From assembly GCA_002633005.1 (NCBI GenBank), contig NMRA01000029.1:1604200-1668199 (forward strand): 64,000 nt of DNA. Reading direction: 5' to 3'. Below are positions 1 through 13,060 of the stretch, piece by piece. The notes under the pieces are model-generated. The model made no database searches. It was not told the origin of the DNA and was given only the letters and a program-made list of their open reading frames with translations. The stretch's first letter is position 1. Every line of letters starts with the position of its first letter. The translations under genes were made by a program, and so were the position numbers. This DNA comes from Phoronis australis (Eukaryota > Animalia > Phoronida).

Positions 1-321
1 ACTTGCTATTTACAGCGTACATTTCATTCTTCACTACCATGAGCCACTTCCTAAGCAATTCGGACTGTCGAGGAAGTAAAAAAAACGAAATACTCGCTTT
101 CCTCGCAGCTGCTTAGTTCGGACAAGCGGGAACGATGCACTGCAACATAGCGGCATTCACTCTGCATATGAACCCCTGACGTCGCTAGCGTCGTTTCTCA
201 CCTTCCTCACAGGTTAACGCGACACCTCTTGGCAAGGTAAGGTCGACCGTATGCGAGGCGATGTGGATATAGACCGATTGAGACTGCAAAAAAGTCTAAT
301 TAAATTGGGTGGCATTCTCCT
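1..321 (-). mobile_element. Kolobok-like THAP DNA transposon, left end of an inverted second copy
   Basis: Reverse complement matches 789-1110. Terminus AGGAGAATGCCACCC is next to TTAA (322-325). The THAP start CIVPACPN* contains a stop. Confidence 0.75.
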
Positions 322-788
322 TTAAATACTATTGGAAATCCGACCAGTAAAAATGTGGAATTAATTGTCGTCCATATCGAGGAAAGTTACATAACAAATG
401 TCCTCAAAAACGGTTTCAAGGTGTTTACTGCTTTTGTTTGTGATCAGATATACGTAAATTAGTGTTATGATATAGCTTGCATACTCAAGGAAATCTAGTG
501 GTGGTGTAGTTGTTTCAAAGTTTACGTAATAGTATTCTTGTCTCACGTATGCAAAATTGAAACATAATTAGCTAGCTTAAGTTGTTTTTTTTAGTTTTAT
601 AAGGCTTCGAACTGGTACAAGGGCACTCAACGGGTAACCACGTAAGCCTTAAAATTTTGTTTATTTTAGTTGAAACTCTGGCTATTATTGAAAACAAATC
701 TAGTCAAACTTTGTTCTCAATTCCTTTTTTCAGCATAACAGCATTTTCAATAGAAGCAATCTGATTTTTAAATTTCTGGTAAAGTTAA

Positions 789-3700
789 AAGAAAATGCCA
801 CCCGATTTAATTAGTCTTTTTACCGTCTTAATCGGTCTTTATCCACATCGCCTCTTATACGGTCGATCTCACCTTGCCGAGAGGTGTCGTGGAAACCTGT
901 GAGGAAGGAGAGAAACAACACAGCGACGTCAGTGGTTCGTCTGCAGAGTGAATGCCGCTACATTGCGGTGCATCGTTCCCGCTTGTCCGCACTATGAAGC
1001 TGCGAAGAAAGCGGGTATCTCGTTTTTTCGACTTCCTCCAGAGCCTGAAATGCTTAGGAAGTGGCTCGCGGTAGTGAAGAATGAAAGGTATGCTGTTAAT
1101 AGCAAGTATGAGGCCGTGAAACATCTCCGTGTCTGTGGCCGGCATTTCGTCGACAGTGATTTCTCTGACGAATTCCGGCTTACCAAAGAACTATCCATAC
1201 ACCTAACTGACGTGGCGGACATTAAAATCCAAAGCGAGGCTCACTGCGATAAACAAAGCTGAAGTTGACATTGCGTGAGTAAAATGGCCGGTCTTTCGAG
1301 TCCAACCTGGATGTTAAATCTTAAAAATGTGTCGATAATTAATCTCAGAGACGTATAAAAATACATTAGAGAACAAGTCAATGCATCAAAAAGTTGTCTG
1401 ACGAAAAGGTATGAGTTTTTTCGGAAAACTAGGCTCGAAACATGAAAAGTATATACGACCAAACTACGGCGGTCGTAGTGTTACTGGTTAGGTATCATGC
1501 TGAATGCAGGGTTACGTTTCTTCTTGTGAATTTTTGATAAAAAAGTTTTCTAAAAATCATCTGCTTGTACTGTTGACGAGTTGAAGATATATTCGACAGT
1601 GGTGGCTTATAGCATTTTGCTGTCATGTGCAATTAGTCACATCTGGTTTAATTTGTTGATCAAGAAAATTAACATCAAGCATAGCCTAGGTCCTGTGAGG
1701 TAGAGACTATCGGGACTAACAGTTGATTTGTCATTCATCGGATAGAATAACTGATGTTCTTAAATATATTTTATTAAAATAAAAAACCAGGCTCGTAAAT
1801 AAAATTTATTTGACCATTTTTTTAAAAGTAAAAACGAGCACAGCCCGAGCAATCGCTATCGCATTATATGCAGGTTCTCATTCACTCGCTTGCACACATT
1901 TACAAGTAATTATTTGACCATCAATTCTGCTATACTGGTTTTAATAAATCTGACGTCTATTTCATATGTTAGGTTTCAACTATCAATCTGGACCAGTGAA
2001 TTTTATAATTAAAACACCTAATTTGTTCGTCCAAAGCATAACCTCGTTTAAGAGCTCAATTTCCGGTAACTGGACAGAGTAAGAAACGTTATCATGTTTC
2101 TTCAGGGGCCTCGTTCATCCGAGGGGAAAGGTGACTGTGCCTTCTGAGAGGGGATTTCTTTCGCCGAGTGCGGCCGGGGCAAAATCTACCTCCTGATCAG
2201 CATCCCCGTCCTGTTGCAAGCTCTCACAGGCTTTGTCTCAAGTAACATTTTGTGATCTTTCAAATTGTCACCTGTGTGGTTAGAGGTAATTTGAGCTTCG
2301 AAGAGAAGTTTTCAATCACTAGGGGAGTTTTTAAACCTCGTGGAGGGAATTTCGTGGGATTTTTCAGTACTTTTGAGAGGGGAATAGGGTCAATATCAGG
2401 TCTCAAAATCGAGGAATTGAGGGCCATGTCCTTTTTGGGAAGAGAAACGCATCATGTTTCAACCCGTAGTTATGAACACAGCATGGCTGGCCGAAGATTT
2501 TCCGGTCGTTGCTATGATGCTCAGCAGCCGAGATGCGACAAAATATGATCTAACTTTTCGAAAACATTTATAAATTTTACACGGCCATATTTTACTTCGT
2601 CGCGTTGTATGGCAAGGACCCAACGTACGCTTCCGAATCTCAACGTCCTTAGGGATTGTAAAACAGACAGTTGAGTGTCCGTATTTTTTTTGGTCGCTTC
2701 GAGCAACGCGGAATACAACCACTACGCCGATAAGCCAACGGTGCTATAGTAGCGAGCCTCGTTTTGGAACGCGCCTCCTGTCGGCGTGAATTAGGTATAT
2801 ACGTTCTGTTGCCTGTGCATGTTCACGGCGCCTCTCTAGTATTTCTTGACCAGTGTATTCCGGTTCGAACTGATAGCCTGTGAAACTTAACGATCCGACC
2901 CGTGAAGTCTTCGTCGGATGAGCTCTTGACTAAGTCGTGATTGGCGCCGGGCGAGTTGCCATGTAGACGTTTATTATTCTGCGTTCTAAAATGATCCTAA
3001 TGCTTATATGAAGCTGAAATAAAGTCTGTCTCATTAGATACAATTTGTAATGACTTGGTGTGTTCGTGAGTGCAAATGTTTTGAGAAGCCAGCAATGAAT
3101 AAACCACTGCATTACAGGCTTTTGATGCAAACAAAGGTAATTGACCGGGCACCGAGGCCGTGTGAGCGCATGCTAATTCATTTTTTACTGACAGAAAGCT
3201 GTTTTGAAACAATTACTCGATTTTATATGCTATGGTCACATGTTAGGGGAATCTAGAAATACAAATACATTATTCAAATCATTGTTACTGTACAACCTTT
3301 GCCCTGACGGTCTGTGGAAGTGGAACGCGACTTCGTGGCCCCCGACAAGTAAGTAGTTTTTCAGTTTCATGGCTAGTTCACATAAATAATTACGTGCACA
3401 TTATTTCCTCGGCCCTCTATTATGGTCTTTTCGTGACTGAAGATTTAGTTTCCAACTCAAGCTGGTTTATGTTCGTGCCAGTCCCGGCGGCCGCGACGGC
3501 CGGGCCTGATCGTGCCACTGGCCGGGATAACAAGCGTTTTGTGTGTTTAGAACTCCAAAAATCACAAGTATAAACAGCACAGATCTAGGTTCTCCTGTCT
3601 GTATTTCAGGGAAGAATACATCGAATTTATCTCCGAACAGACCCCAAATTCCTGCTACGGACCTTGGTAAATTGGCCTGCAGAACTTTGTAGGCTACGGT

Positions 3701-4021
3701 GTGTCCAAATACCAGTAAATCCGTAACTGCGAAGTAAAAGAACACCTTTTTATAAGAACTCGGTGTATTTTTAAGGGTTTTACATCGAATTTTGATGATT
3801 TATTGAAGTTAAACGATGAATTCAAGCGATCAGCTGACACCACTAACCCGTGCTGTGAACTGCTGAACAGACTGCGTGTGAAACCAATTACGTCATTGGG
3901 TAATTTCAACACCTCCGTCTGCCGTCAGGTGTCAGGTAACGCAACCGAACCTGCCGTTATCGAGTAGAACTACTCGATCAAAGTTGGTAGAAAATAGATT
4001 GTTTTGGGGTGGCATTCTCCT
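789..4021 (+). mobile_element. Kolobok-like non-autonomous DNA transposon with THAP domain
   Basis: TTAA at 785-788 and 4022-4025. TIRs aagaaaatgccaccc / gggtggcattctcct. THAP at 948-1200 (CIVPAC...FFRLP...W...VCGRHF). TTAA target sites, RR termini and THAP are Kolobok traits. Confidence 0.75.
2560..2740 (-). pseudogene. Frameshifted THAP-domain relic nested in the Kolobok-like element
   Basis: Across frames: CIPRC / SDQKKYGHSTVCFTIPKDVEIRK / RWVLAIQRDE. Confidence 0.55.
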
Positions 4022-4422
4022 TTAAAACCAAATAGATTCTGCGTTTAACTGACGCTAAACTGCATCTTCAAAGAAACTTAGACAATGACGCAAATGCAAA
4101 AAGACCCCGAATGTGTACTTGATTGTTCAATAAAATATCTGGAAGAACAGCTGTTTAATTGCTAGACTCGTACATCGCTTTATTCAACATTTGCAACCAG
4201 CTTTCTTTTGTAACTTGTATGTAACATTTTGACTAAGACGAATGACATTTCACTGACCTCTCAAACGTCGGCTGTATTCAATGCATTAATTGCTTCCCGC
4301 ACGCATAACTAATCTTTTAAATTGGGTAGCCCACCAGAATGTTTTGTTGCAAAAAACGGCATAGAATGTGCAGAACTCTAAATTTTGACATCGTCTATTT
4401 AGCATTGTCAACTACAGTGTAC

Positions 4423-4548
4423 CGTTCTTCCAGACATGACGTAGATATGCTCTTTTCTTTCATCATACAGCATGTCTTTCATAACTTCATAGTCGCCCAA
4501 TGTTTGGGTCCTGAACGTTCTTTTCACTGTGACGTTTCTTATGTGGAT
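4423..4548 (-). CDS. Plexin B exon 3 (gene continues past the window start)
   Basis: IHIRNVTVKRTFRTQTLGDYEVMKDMLYDERKEHIYVMSGRT; 126 nt like its paralog. No PSI exon found in 1-4422. Confidence 0.92.
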
Positions 4549-5733
4549 CTAAATGAAAAATGTTTTGAGAATCTGAGAAAAAAGCTTTTACATCAGACAC
4601 ATTATCCATAATTAGTCAATTCTGGCTCTAAAATATATTAAGAATTCAAATTTTAAACAACGACACTAAGCGTTTTTAAGAAGTTGTGAAGCAGTGTAAA
4701 ATCTCTAGCTCGGAGGATTTATTCAAAAGGTCAAATATATGCTAACTGACAGCCAATTCAAACTTGAAACCCATAGTTGCTATAATCTTACATATTCCTC
4801 TTTTCTGATTGCATGAGTCCCCCAGGAAAAGTAATGTCATTCATAGAGTGTAAGGACTTCCAAAGCACCTCATTAAAGTGTTCGTGCTACTGACATGCCG
4901 TGAGAACAAGATATTTTTGGCTGAAAAAAACAACATCAAGAAAGTCAAGGTCCTCATCTGTTTTCTTTTCTAACCACAGGCACGTCATAGCATTAAAGTT
5001 TTACCATTTTGTGCAGAAGTGCGATTTCTCGTTTCAGTTTGGTTCGGTATGGTATACTTTTTATCATTGTTTTTTTTTTCAAAATCATGTGATAGACTTG
5101 ACCAGTTAAAGGGTACCTTTTGGACGCAATTTTGACCACTTTACTGGTTCTCTAACTACATCCATATTTTCAAGAGATCTTGCATTCAACGTCTTGCGAA
5201 ATGTTGGTGTTTCTCACTCATTTTGGAGGGCTGCTACGTTTCCTGTGGCTTGGAATATTTGTCAAAATTAAACTTTATGCGCATCTTTCCTACAGTTTTA
5301 CTGATTTTGTTTTAACAAGAAATGACAAAAATAGGTTCTTGTATTTTGACTAACGAATATTTGTTGTAATGGGTCTCCTTTTGCCTGTATTTTGAGAAAC
5401 CTTGTACGTCACTGACGTAGTCACGAAGGAAGGGGGTACAGCAGACCCCTCACCTTATTCATTGCATAAAGCCCCCCATTCGAAACTCCTTGATGTTTAC
5501 GCTTGTCTCCTCAACCCTTTTTACAATGAAGTGCCCCAGACTGCCCTTCATGTCAGCCTTTCCCGGCTTAATAAAAAATTCGCGTTCGATTCCCATTTTG
5601 AATACTTATTGCTACACCTGCTCTGAACATGGTTTTGATAAAGGTAATGAATGTAAGCAAGCAGAAACTATACTCACGTAGGGGTGTTCTTAATAAGGAT
5701 ATTATAACCTGGACAAGATCATTCGAAACTTAC

Positions 5734-5940
5734 CTTCTTAAACACACCAGCTGTGGTGCCAGCGTACACAACTGTGTGTTTCTTTATTGTTTTGACTGCA
5801 ATCGAGGACAGCTGAGCATCCACCTCAAACTTCAGTGAAGGCTTCACAGCTATTTTACCCACAACGGGTGCGGAATTGGTGGGATTGAAAGGACTTGCAT
5901 GTTCACCACAGGAAATGTCAGAGTAGTCCAGAATTTGAGT
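5734..5940 (-). CDS. Plexin B exon 2
   Basis: TQILDYSDISCGE...APVVGKI...LSSIAVKTIKKHTVVYAGTTAGVFKK; paralog of 55714-55917. Confidence 0.92.
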
Positions 5941-6560
5941 CTAAAAACAATTGTGTTGTATGTCAGTGCTTTCATCTGTGTGAAAAATACACGCGGTCGG
6001 GTACTGTTGCTGACATTAATCCGAACTATTACTCGTACGCTTAAACACATGGGTTGTACAAGTAAATTGACCAATAGACCAATGAAATCGCCGAGGAGTG
6101 GGAGAAGGGCGAAGCAAAACAAAGTAAAGTTTAGGTACGGTTTAACATTGTTCTACTTTTAAAAACTTCATTTTGACATTTGGAATCATGTCGAAAAATA
6201 TCGCATCCTATTTCTGCCATGGCAGTGGTAGTCCACAGCACAGGACTGGAACTCTGACATTGGAAACCCAATACAGTCAATACAGACGAGAAAACAATCT
6301 TGTTTGTTTCTACAGAAATATTTAAAAATTACAAAATTCGCTCAGTCTACCTGACGTTTATGGTCACCTTACTGAAAAGAATTTGCATTGATACATTCTC
6401 TGTTTAGGAAACATTCTCGTTTCATCTGTTAAAACATATTGCATTCATCACTAAAGCTGTCATTGTCATGGCCATCGCAAAATTTCGAGACCAGCAGTTT
6501 GGATCGAAATATTTTGAAAGTAGCTAAATAGAATATTAAACATTTAATGAAAATGTTTAC

Positions 6561-7577
6561 CTTTTCACACGTTTTTTTGGTATCCTTATAGAAAAAGGCG
6601 TAGGTAGGTCCTGCGTTTAGGTAACACGCATTACCATTTTCGTTGATCTTAGCAGTTATGTTCCCAAATCTAAAGACACAAATGGCTGACCTGTCTGTAA
6701 CTCCATTCTTGTGGAACACAGTCACTAGAACATCGTGACCAGATCTGATCCCTATTGCCGAGGCAAGATCACTTCCAAGTTTAGTTACGGTTCCCGTTCG
6801 CACAGTGTCATAAACAGTGGATCCAATGTTACATTCCATTGGTATTTCTATGTAGGAATTGTACCCTATATCATCGTCACATATTCGTGCAATCTTAGGA
6901 ATCCATTCAGATTGCTGAAGAACAGTTTGAACAAAGAGTAAATACGTGTACTTGTCCTTGTGGAATCCAAAGTTGTAGGAAAACGTTGGGAATGGTGTTG
7001 ATAAAACTAGCTTGCTAGAGCCAACTATATCTAGCTTGTCAACGTTCCTAGTGGAAATCGCTGGTATATTTCCTCTTTGATATCCACCAGTCCAGGTAGC
7101 TCCGACACAAATGGCCTCTTTGTCAGGGATGACAACAGCAACAGTTGATGCTTCTGGCGTGCTGGCTGCTACCATTGTCTCAATTCTTCGATCAGCCATG
7201 TAGTCACTTATGTTGCTCAGGCGACGGACCTCACATGTCCCCTGTCGAACATTCCCGCAAGTAATGAGCGTATGGTTGTGCACTGCTAATATCTTATTGT
7301 GGTTGTCTGTCATAACACCATATGTACAACTACTTGGTGAACAGTCTTTGCTGTCTATGACAGGTCCAGTTGACACATTCTGCAGCACAGTCAAGTCACT
7401 ATCAACCACGTACACATGGTTGACTGCACCGACGGCAAGCCTTCCGTCATTGAGCTTCGTTATATGGTTCAATAATGTGGGCGTCTCTAGCACATTACAC
7501 TCCCCCACAGCCGCCAGGAACATTACGATTCCCGCCAAAAGAACAGATGACGTGTTTTTTCCGAGTAAAATGCACAT
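6561..7577 (-). CDS. Plexin gene B (tandem paralog) coding exon 1: signal peptide plus Sema
   Basis: Clear paralog of 56422-57438 ([41 protein letters not shown]). Acceptor before 7661; donor gtaaac after 6561. The ATG at 7577 is the first in-exon Met. Confidence 0.93.
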
Positions 7578-7880
7578 TTTTACGAAATGTGTGACATGCA
7601 GTAGCCTACACCCCTCTAACAACGTACTTTAGGATATAGTCGCTCTGGCGTAAGTTCGAGTCTGAAAATAAACTTAATAAGGTAAAGTACATAATAGTCT
7701 TTGATAAATTAATTAAAATTTAAGTTTCAAGCTACAATAATCTATGTGCAGGGCTTTTTCTTTCGTCTTAAGTTATAAATGTGAAATAAATCGATTAAAT
7801 GTATAAAACACACAATAGCGACGTCGTCTTGTACTAGCAAATGGTTTCTGTCAGGTGAAGCGGTCCAAATCTCTACAAAT

Positions 7881-7945
7881 CGTGGTGGTGCAGCGGTAAA
7901 GCTTGCGCGCTCTATTCGCCAGGTCGAGAGTTCGAGTCTGTGTGT
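7881..7945 (+). repeat. tRNA-derived SINE-like head
   Basis: A box TGGTGCAGCGG and B box GTTCGAGTC; no full cloverleaf. Confidence 0.45.
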
Positions 7946-9084
7946 TTGACACGTTCTACTTGTTTTTTTTTTCTTGGATGATACTTCAGGAATCAACAAA
8001 AATGCTTTATTTTTAGAGGAAAAAACAGAAAAAAAATTCCTGGCCGGACCTCACCCCATGCGGTGCTATGTGCATCTATAATCGTGCTTTGCGCAAATAT
8101 TTACAGACAAAATGTTGGGCCCTCCTTGTGATATCCTAGATCCACCACTGTATGAGAATAACTTTAGATGACGTATACGTGATAGAAAACTGTTAGTTTA
8201 TTTATCATCGTTTTTGCTGACAAATAAATGTCCAGTTGGCTTTGAAACAATATCTACGTGCAGTTTTGCCGAGTTGCTTACGTGATACAATAAGACCTGT
8301 GTAATGACGATTCTTCGGCAAAAACACGGTATATTATGGTACGTGCTGCCTGTTTTCCCTTTTGCGGTTTACTTAACCTCTGAAAAGATATTTAAGCATA
8401 TTTGATGTCTAAGAATTTTCAGGTTTGGTGTTAAACAAAGCACTGAGGACCATACGAATGGATATTGGCATTTTAAACCATAACAAATGTTTTGTAATTA
8501 AATATGAAGTGGAAAATTCGGCAAAACAAATAAGTTATTCTGGTACCTTATAATTAGCGATAAAGACAAGATCAATGGCACTCACATATATGAACTAATT
8601 TAGAGACAATTGCATTGATACATGTTTCAACATTGGCAGAAATAAACACTCAAAAATGTAATGTAAAGGATTAAGTTAACTGTCTATACCTTTTAAAAGA
8701 AAAACATAGGATTTTCAGAAATATGGTAAGCAAAGTCTTGGTTCATAAGTTGTGTGTTGCTTTCCAGATTACGTACGAGAGATAACTGGGTTAATTGCGT
8801 GCCGTTATGTTGAAAGTTACAGTGCACAAATATGAGCATTTGGTGAACGATCAAACTTTCTTTAATGCAAGTTATTGGAAGTGACATACATAGGTAATAA
8901 TGAAGACGAACAGAAAGGATATCGTTGCACTTCCATCAGCCAAACCACCAAGTCGGTTTTCAGTCTCTAAAGCGTTTCGAAGTACTGAAATGTTTCTTAA
9001 GTTTTGTTTAGTCCTTTTGTTATATTATACATGTACTACGGATCTGCACTGTTAAACAAACTGAAAAAATGATCCAAGGAAATA

Positions 9085-9780
9085 GTTTGTAGACGCGGGG
9101 TAGATATAGAACACATTAACCATTATGCGATCTGGCACGATTAGACGAGGTTATTGTCAATGACAGAAAAGACACAAATAAATGGTAGTGATATACTCAC
9201 GCTGATTTTACAATTTTGGTATCGGGAAATGTATAATGCCAATGTAAGTTCTGGACAATAAAAACAAACACGACGAAGTCTATTTCAATCTGTTAACAAG
9301 ATAACATGGCAAAAATACCGCCATTGCGATTGTTACGCCTTCAAAATTTTAAAAGTTAGTTGACATAACTGAAAGTGAAAGAGAAACTTAAAAATGACTG
9401 AGACTCTTTAGTCAAAGATCCTAAAATTTGCTGAGTTTAGTTTGTAACACTATAAAACTAAAATACGAACCCACTGGAACATGATGTTCAAGTTTATACC
9501 AATCTGTTATAGTTAGGACCATACCACCATAGCTTAATAAAAAGGCATGTATTCATAGGAAAATAATTAAAGCAAAGGTTATTTTTCACGAAAATTCAAG
9601 AATAAATCTCCCTAACAAAGTACATGCATGTCATATTTTTGTGGTTTCGCATTCTTTTGTGCATCTTTAGAGTTTTTTATAAAAAACCATAATCACTTTA
9701 GAATCTATTTTTGATAGCCTCTCAAGCAAAAGCAGGATTTTAAAATCAATTCCCAATAGCGTTCTGAAGAGCAGGCTGGG
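9085..9780 (-). promoter_or_regulatory. Paralogous promoter/5'UTR block of plexin B
   Basis: Aligns by eye with 60800-62010, e.g. acgcggggta(g/a)atatag, cacgattaga, caattttgg, tatttttgatagcctctca, ttcccaatag. Confidence 0.7.
9371..9388. promoter_or_regulatory. ISRE/IRF-binding element upstream of plexin B
   Basis: GAAAGTGAAAGAGAAACT has three GAAA cores and matches RNGAAANNGAAACT. It lies ~170 bp upstream (minus sense) of a gtgagt donor at 9200. Confidence 0.6.
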
Positions 9781-12639
9781 CGTGCATTTGGATATGAAAG
9801 AGTAAAGTGTCGCGTTTTCAAAAGAGCATGATGGAGTTCCATACCATATTCCTTGACAGTATGTTTCCTTATAGAGTCCATTTGGCGGTGAAGGTCCGAA
9901 GTTAGTATAGGAACCCAGAAAAAAATTGAAACAAGACCATAACTGGTTGAGGGAAAGAAAGAGACTGTTCATATCGCAACCATGATTGGAAGCAGTACAA
10001 TGACCTCAGTTGTCTATTTCCTCAGAACACTTAGGATATCGTTTCTAATTGGTTGCTGCACAATAAAAGTCAAGATGCCTTAATCTTGTGCATAGCCCAT
10101 AACATAGGACGAAGCTAGACAAGTTTCGACAAATTTGCGTTAAAATCAGCTGCAGAGTGATACCGAGAAAGTGAGCCATAAAATGTACATGTATCTTATT
10201 ATCTCCTTGCACGAATCCCACTTGAGAAATAAGTAATGTCGTTTTGGGGGTCCGTATAATCTATCTAAACCTTGATAGTGTACTAGACTACTTTGTATTC
10301 GGTCAACGCATTGAAGCGAGGTGGTGGTTTGATACGTAAGAGAGCAATGGGCTATTTATCAAAACAACGACGTAAACACCTAGTATAGACATGCAATACT
10401 AGAATAAACGCGCGTGAAATCAATGTCGAATTTAGGGAGAGGATTAATACACCAACATTCCAGGTAACAGCCTTTCAAAACAACAACTAGGAGCTACAAC
10501 TAAATAGCTATTGCTACAGCGAGGGACGGGGGACGCTACTGTTTTGATTGGTACATGGCGTGTGTCTCGGAGAACTTAAACAGACTTTCCGTGAGTTGGT
10601 ACGATAACTGAAAACGCAAACCCCTTCAGACAATTACCACTATCAAATGCATCTGTTTGTAAAAATGAAACTTCCATGAAGCCATGCACTCTGAAGTGGT
10701 GCGCATAATCCGATCATGTGTACGGTTTGAAAACGCCCTTGGTTAAAGTTTTTATAATGACAAAATAAATTCTATATTGGGTGTCGTCTGTAAAATTCTA
10801 TTGCAAAAAGGTAATTGGCTTATCCCGACCACTACACCACGTATGCAAGCTTTCTACGACCGTGACACACTCGACCGTCCTATGAACACTTTGACTGCAG
10901 TCTCGCATAAAATCGTTTACCTGCCGATCCGACTCCCGAAACTTGATAGACTTCAAATGAGAATTTTCAGAATCATGTGGATTCTGGTTATCGTAGTTAT
11001 AAAATTTTGACTGGAATCTAAGCAGATCCGCCTACCTCATCCTTGTAAACCGATAAGACGCTCGAGTATCTCGGATACCAGGAAATTTACTCACACACCA
11101 CTTCCTCGTCGTTTGTTTGCTATTGGTGGCCATTTATACCAAACACTCACTTTAATAATTGTCGAATTGTTAAGGTGTTTACTTATGACCTGTCAATGTG
11201 CCGGATAGTATCGTCTAATAAATCACACGGTATACATTACACCCGTGATCAAATTCAATTGTCGGATTTTGAGGCTGTAAACAGAAAATACATAACATGG
11301 GTGGCTCAAACAGTGCTACGCAAGATTTAAGTCCAGGTCTTTCTAGCTATGAATTAGACATGCAGTCGTGACCAAATTCAGTTAAAGATGCGTAATCAAG
11401 TCCGGCTGGCAAAAAAAAAAAAACTAACCTGTCGCAACTAAAAGCCAATTGTAGCCATACAACTTTTGGTTAGTCGATGTGTCCGTGGGTGTAATTGGCT
11501 TACGATATATGAAGGTTGCTGTCAGGTTTGGCTGTGTTATCAAATTGTGTGTGGTGATAACAATAACGACGCTTAACAGTGACGGTCTGAAAAGACGGCC
11601 GATATATAAAAGATGACCTAGTTGAAAAGGTAAATAAAGGCTCTGCAAAATTACGACTAATATTCTCAATGCAAATATAACACTGAGCTGTACACGTCAA
11701 TCCCACGACAGGACCTGTGGGAGACTACCATTTTTACACACACATTCACGCTACCGTACTTTTTTAAGTTTAAGTACATAGGTCAACGAATTTGTTGCAT
11801 TGTGGATCGTCTAAGCTTTTTTGATGTTTAATATTACCAAGCGCAGAATGCTCGCACGTAAGGTGATCTCGCGTGTACCCTCACAGAGGTCAAGTTTACG
11901 CTTAGTAGTCGAAGCAGTCTGCACGGGCGGCCTGTGACCCAACTGCAACCACCGGGAAAACAATGGCCACATGCAGCCGCATCATTTAAAAGTTTTATTT
12001 GAAGAATTTGAGATTTTTTATTGATAAAAGAGCTCGACTAAGAGTAACATGGGTCACCAAAGCGTAAACGCATGATGAAGAAAACGGCACGCGGCGGTTG
12101 AAGACTTCGTGCAGCCATGCATAAATAAGGCGGGGCCGCGTATAGTGATACCAGGTCGTGTTCGCGTTAGAGAAGGATCCATTTCACTGAATCACCAACT
12201 CACGTAGCCACTGATGTAAACTTTCTAATATTAAAATCCTTACTAGTTTATGCATTGATCCTGTTTAATATAATGTATATATTAAAGCATCGCCCTTCAA
12301 TGTAAAACCATTCAGTAATTACATTTTGTAAAAAGTGTACCCTTTGGCTTGGTAGTGCCTACCCTGGTCAATATGAAATACAATGAAAAAACACTGTTTT
12401 ACCGGAATCTGGCGGTTGAAAAGAGTATCTAAGTGGCATGTCGCGTATAGGCCTATATCGTCTACGGACGTATGGTGAACCAAATGGGATTGAACTTGAA
12501 GTCAATCGAAGGATGGCAATCACGGAACCCGGCATAATACGGACCGCACCAAATATGGGTATTCAACGGAGCGTGTCACTGCCGGAGAACTTATTATAGA
12601 CAACGCTTTATAGATTCAGCCAGGTGAAGTCTCTTCTTA

Positions 12640-13060
12640 TTTCAGATCTAGATAAAGATACAGATAAAGATGAACTTTATTACATCTCCCTTCAAAAGTA
12701 CATACACATGATAAAAACAGAATAAGTGCATTTACAGACACGCTAGAGACCACTATAAAATCATAAAAACTATATGAGCATTACTTTAATTTAGTACTCA
12801 ACGGCATTACCCCTATTTTCTAAAATTAAAACGCAGGTCTTGGCAATCAATCGCATATCTCTCACACTATTAGAACGCACACATCATTTAAATATATAAG
12901 ATTGACATCTAATCGATTAAACAAATCTGATCTAAGGTCAGAGTAAGCTGAACATTGTATCAAAATGACTTCCTGAAAAACAATGGTCACTTCTTAAAAT
13001 TAAAGCAGAAAGCCTTCGCAATTTATTAGTAGCATGGAGATGCATGCAGATATCATTTTG
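12640..13060 (-). mobile_element. LINE 3' tail relic
   Basis: On minus, AATAAA is followed by a (TTTATC)n-like tail; upstream sequence is degenerate and weakly ORF2-like. Confidence 0.35.

Noticed and set aside
948-1262. THAP ORF as a host THAP gene
   Set aside because: It sits inside a TIR/TTAA-bounded element, has a frameshifted start, and has a stop-containing duplicate at 1-170
6429-7622. 397-aa and 358-aa (56362-57438) ORFs as single-exon secreted semaphorins
   Set aside because: Both have a splice donor at the same position and downstream paralogous plexin exons; the ORF tails are intron read-through
7210-7632. Plus-strand ORFs overlapping plexin exons (also 20668, 23369, 46170, 56560)
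   Set aside because: Antisense shadows of real coding exons
7881-7945. Functional tRNA gene
   Set aside because: Only A and B boxes are present; acceptor and anticodon stems cannot be formed convincingly
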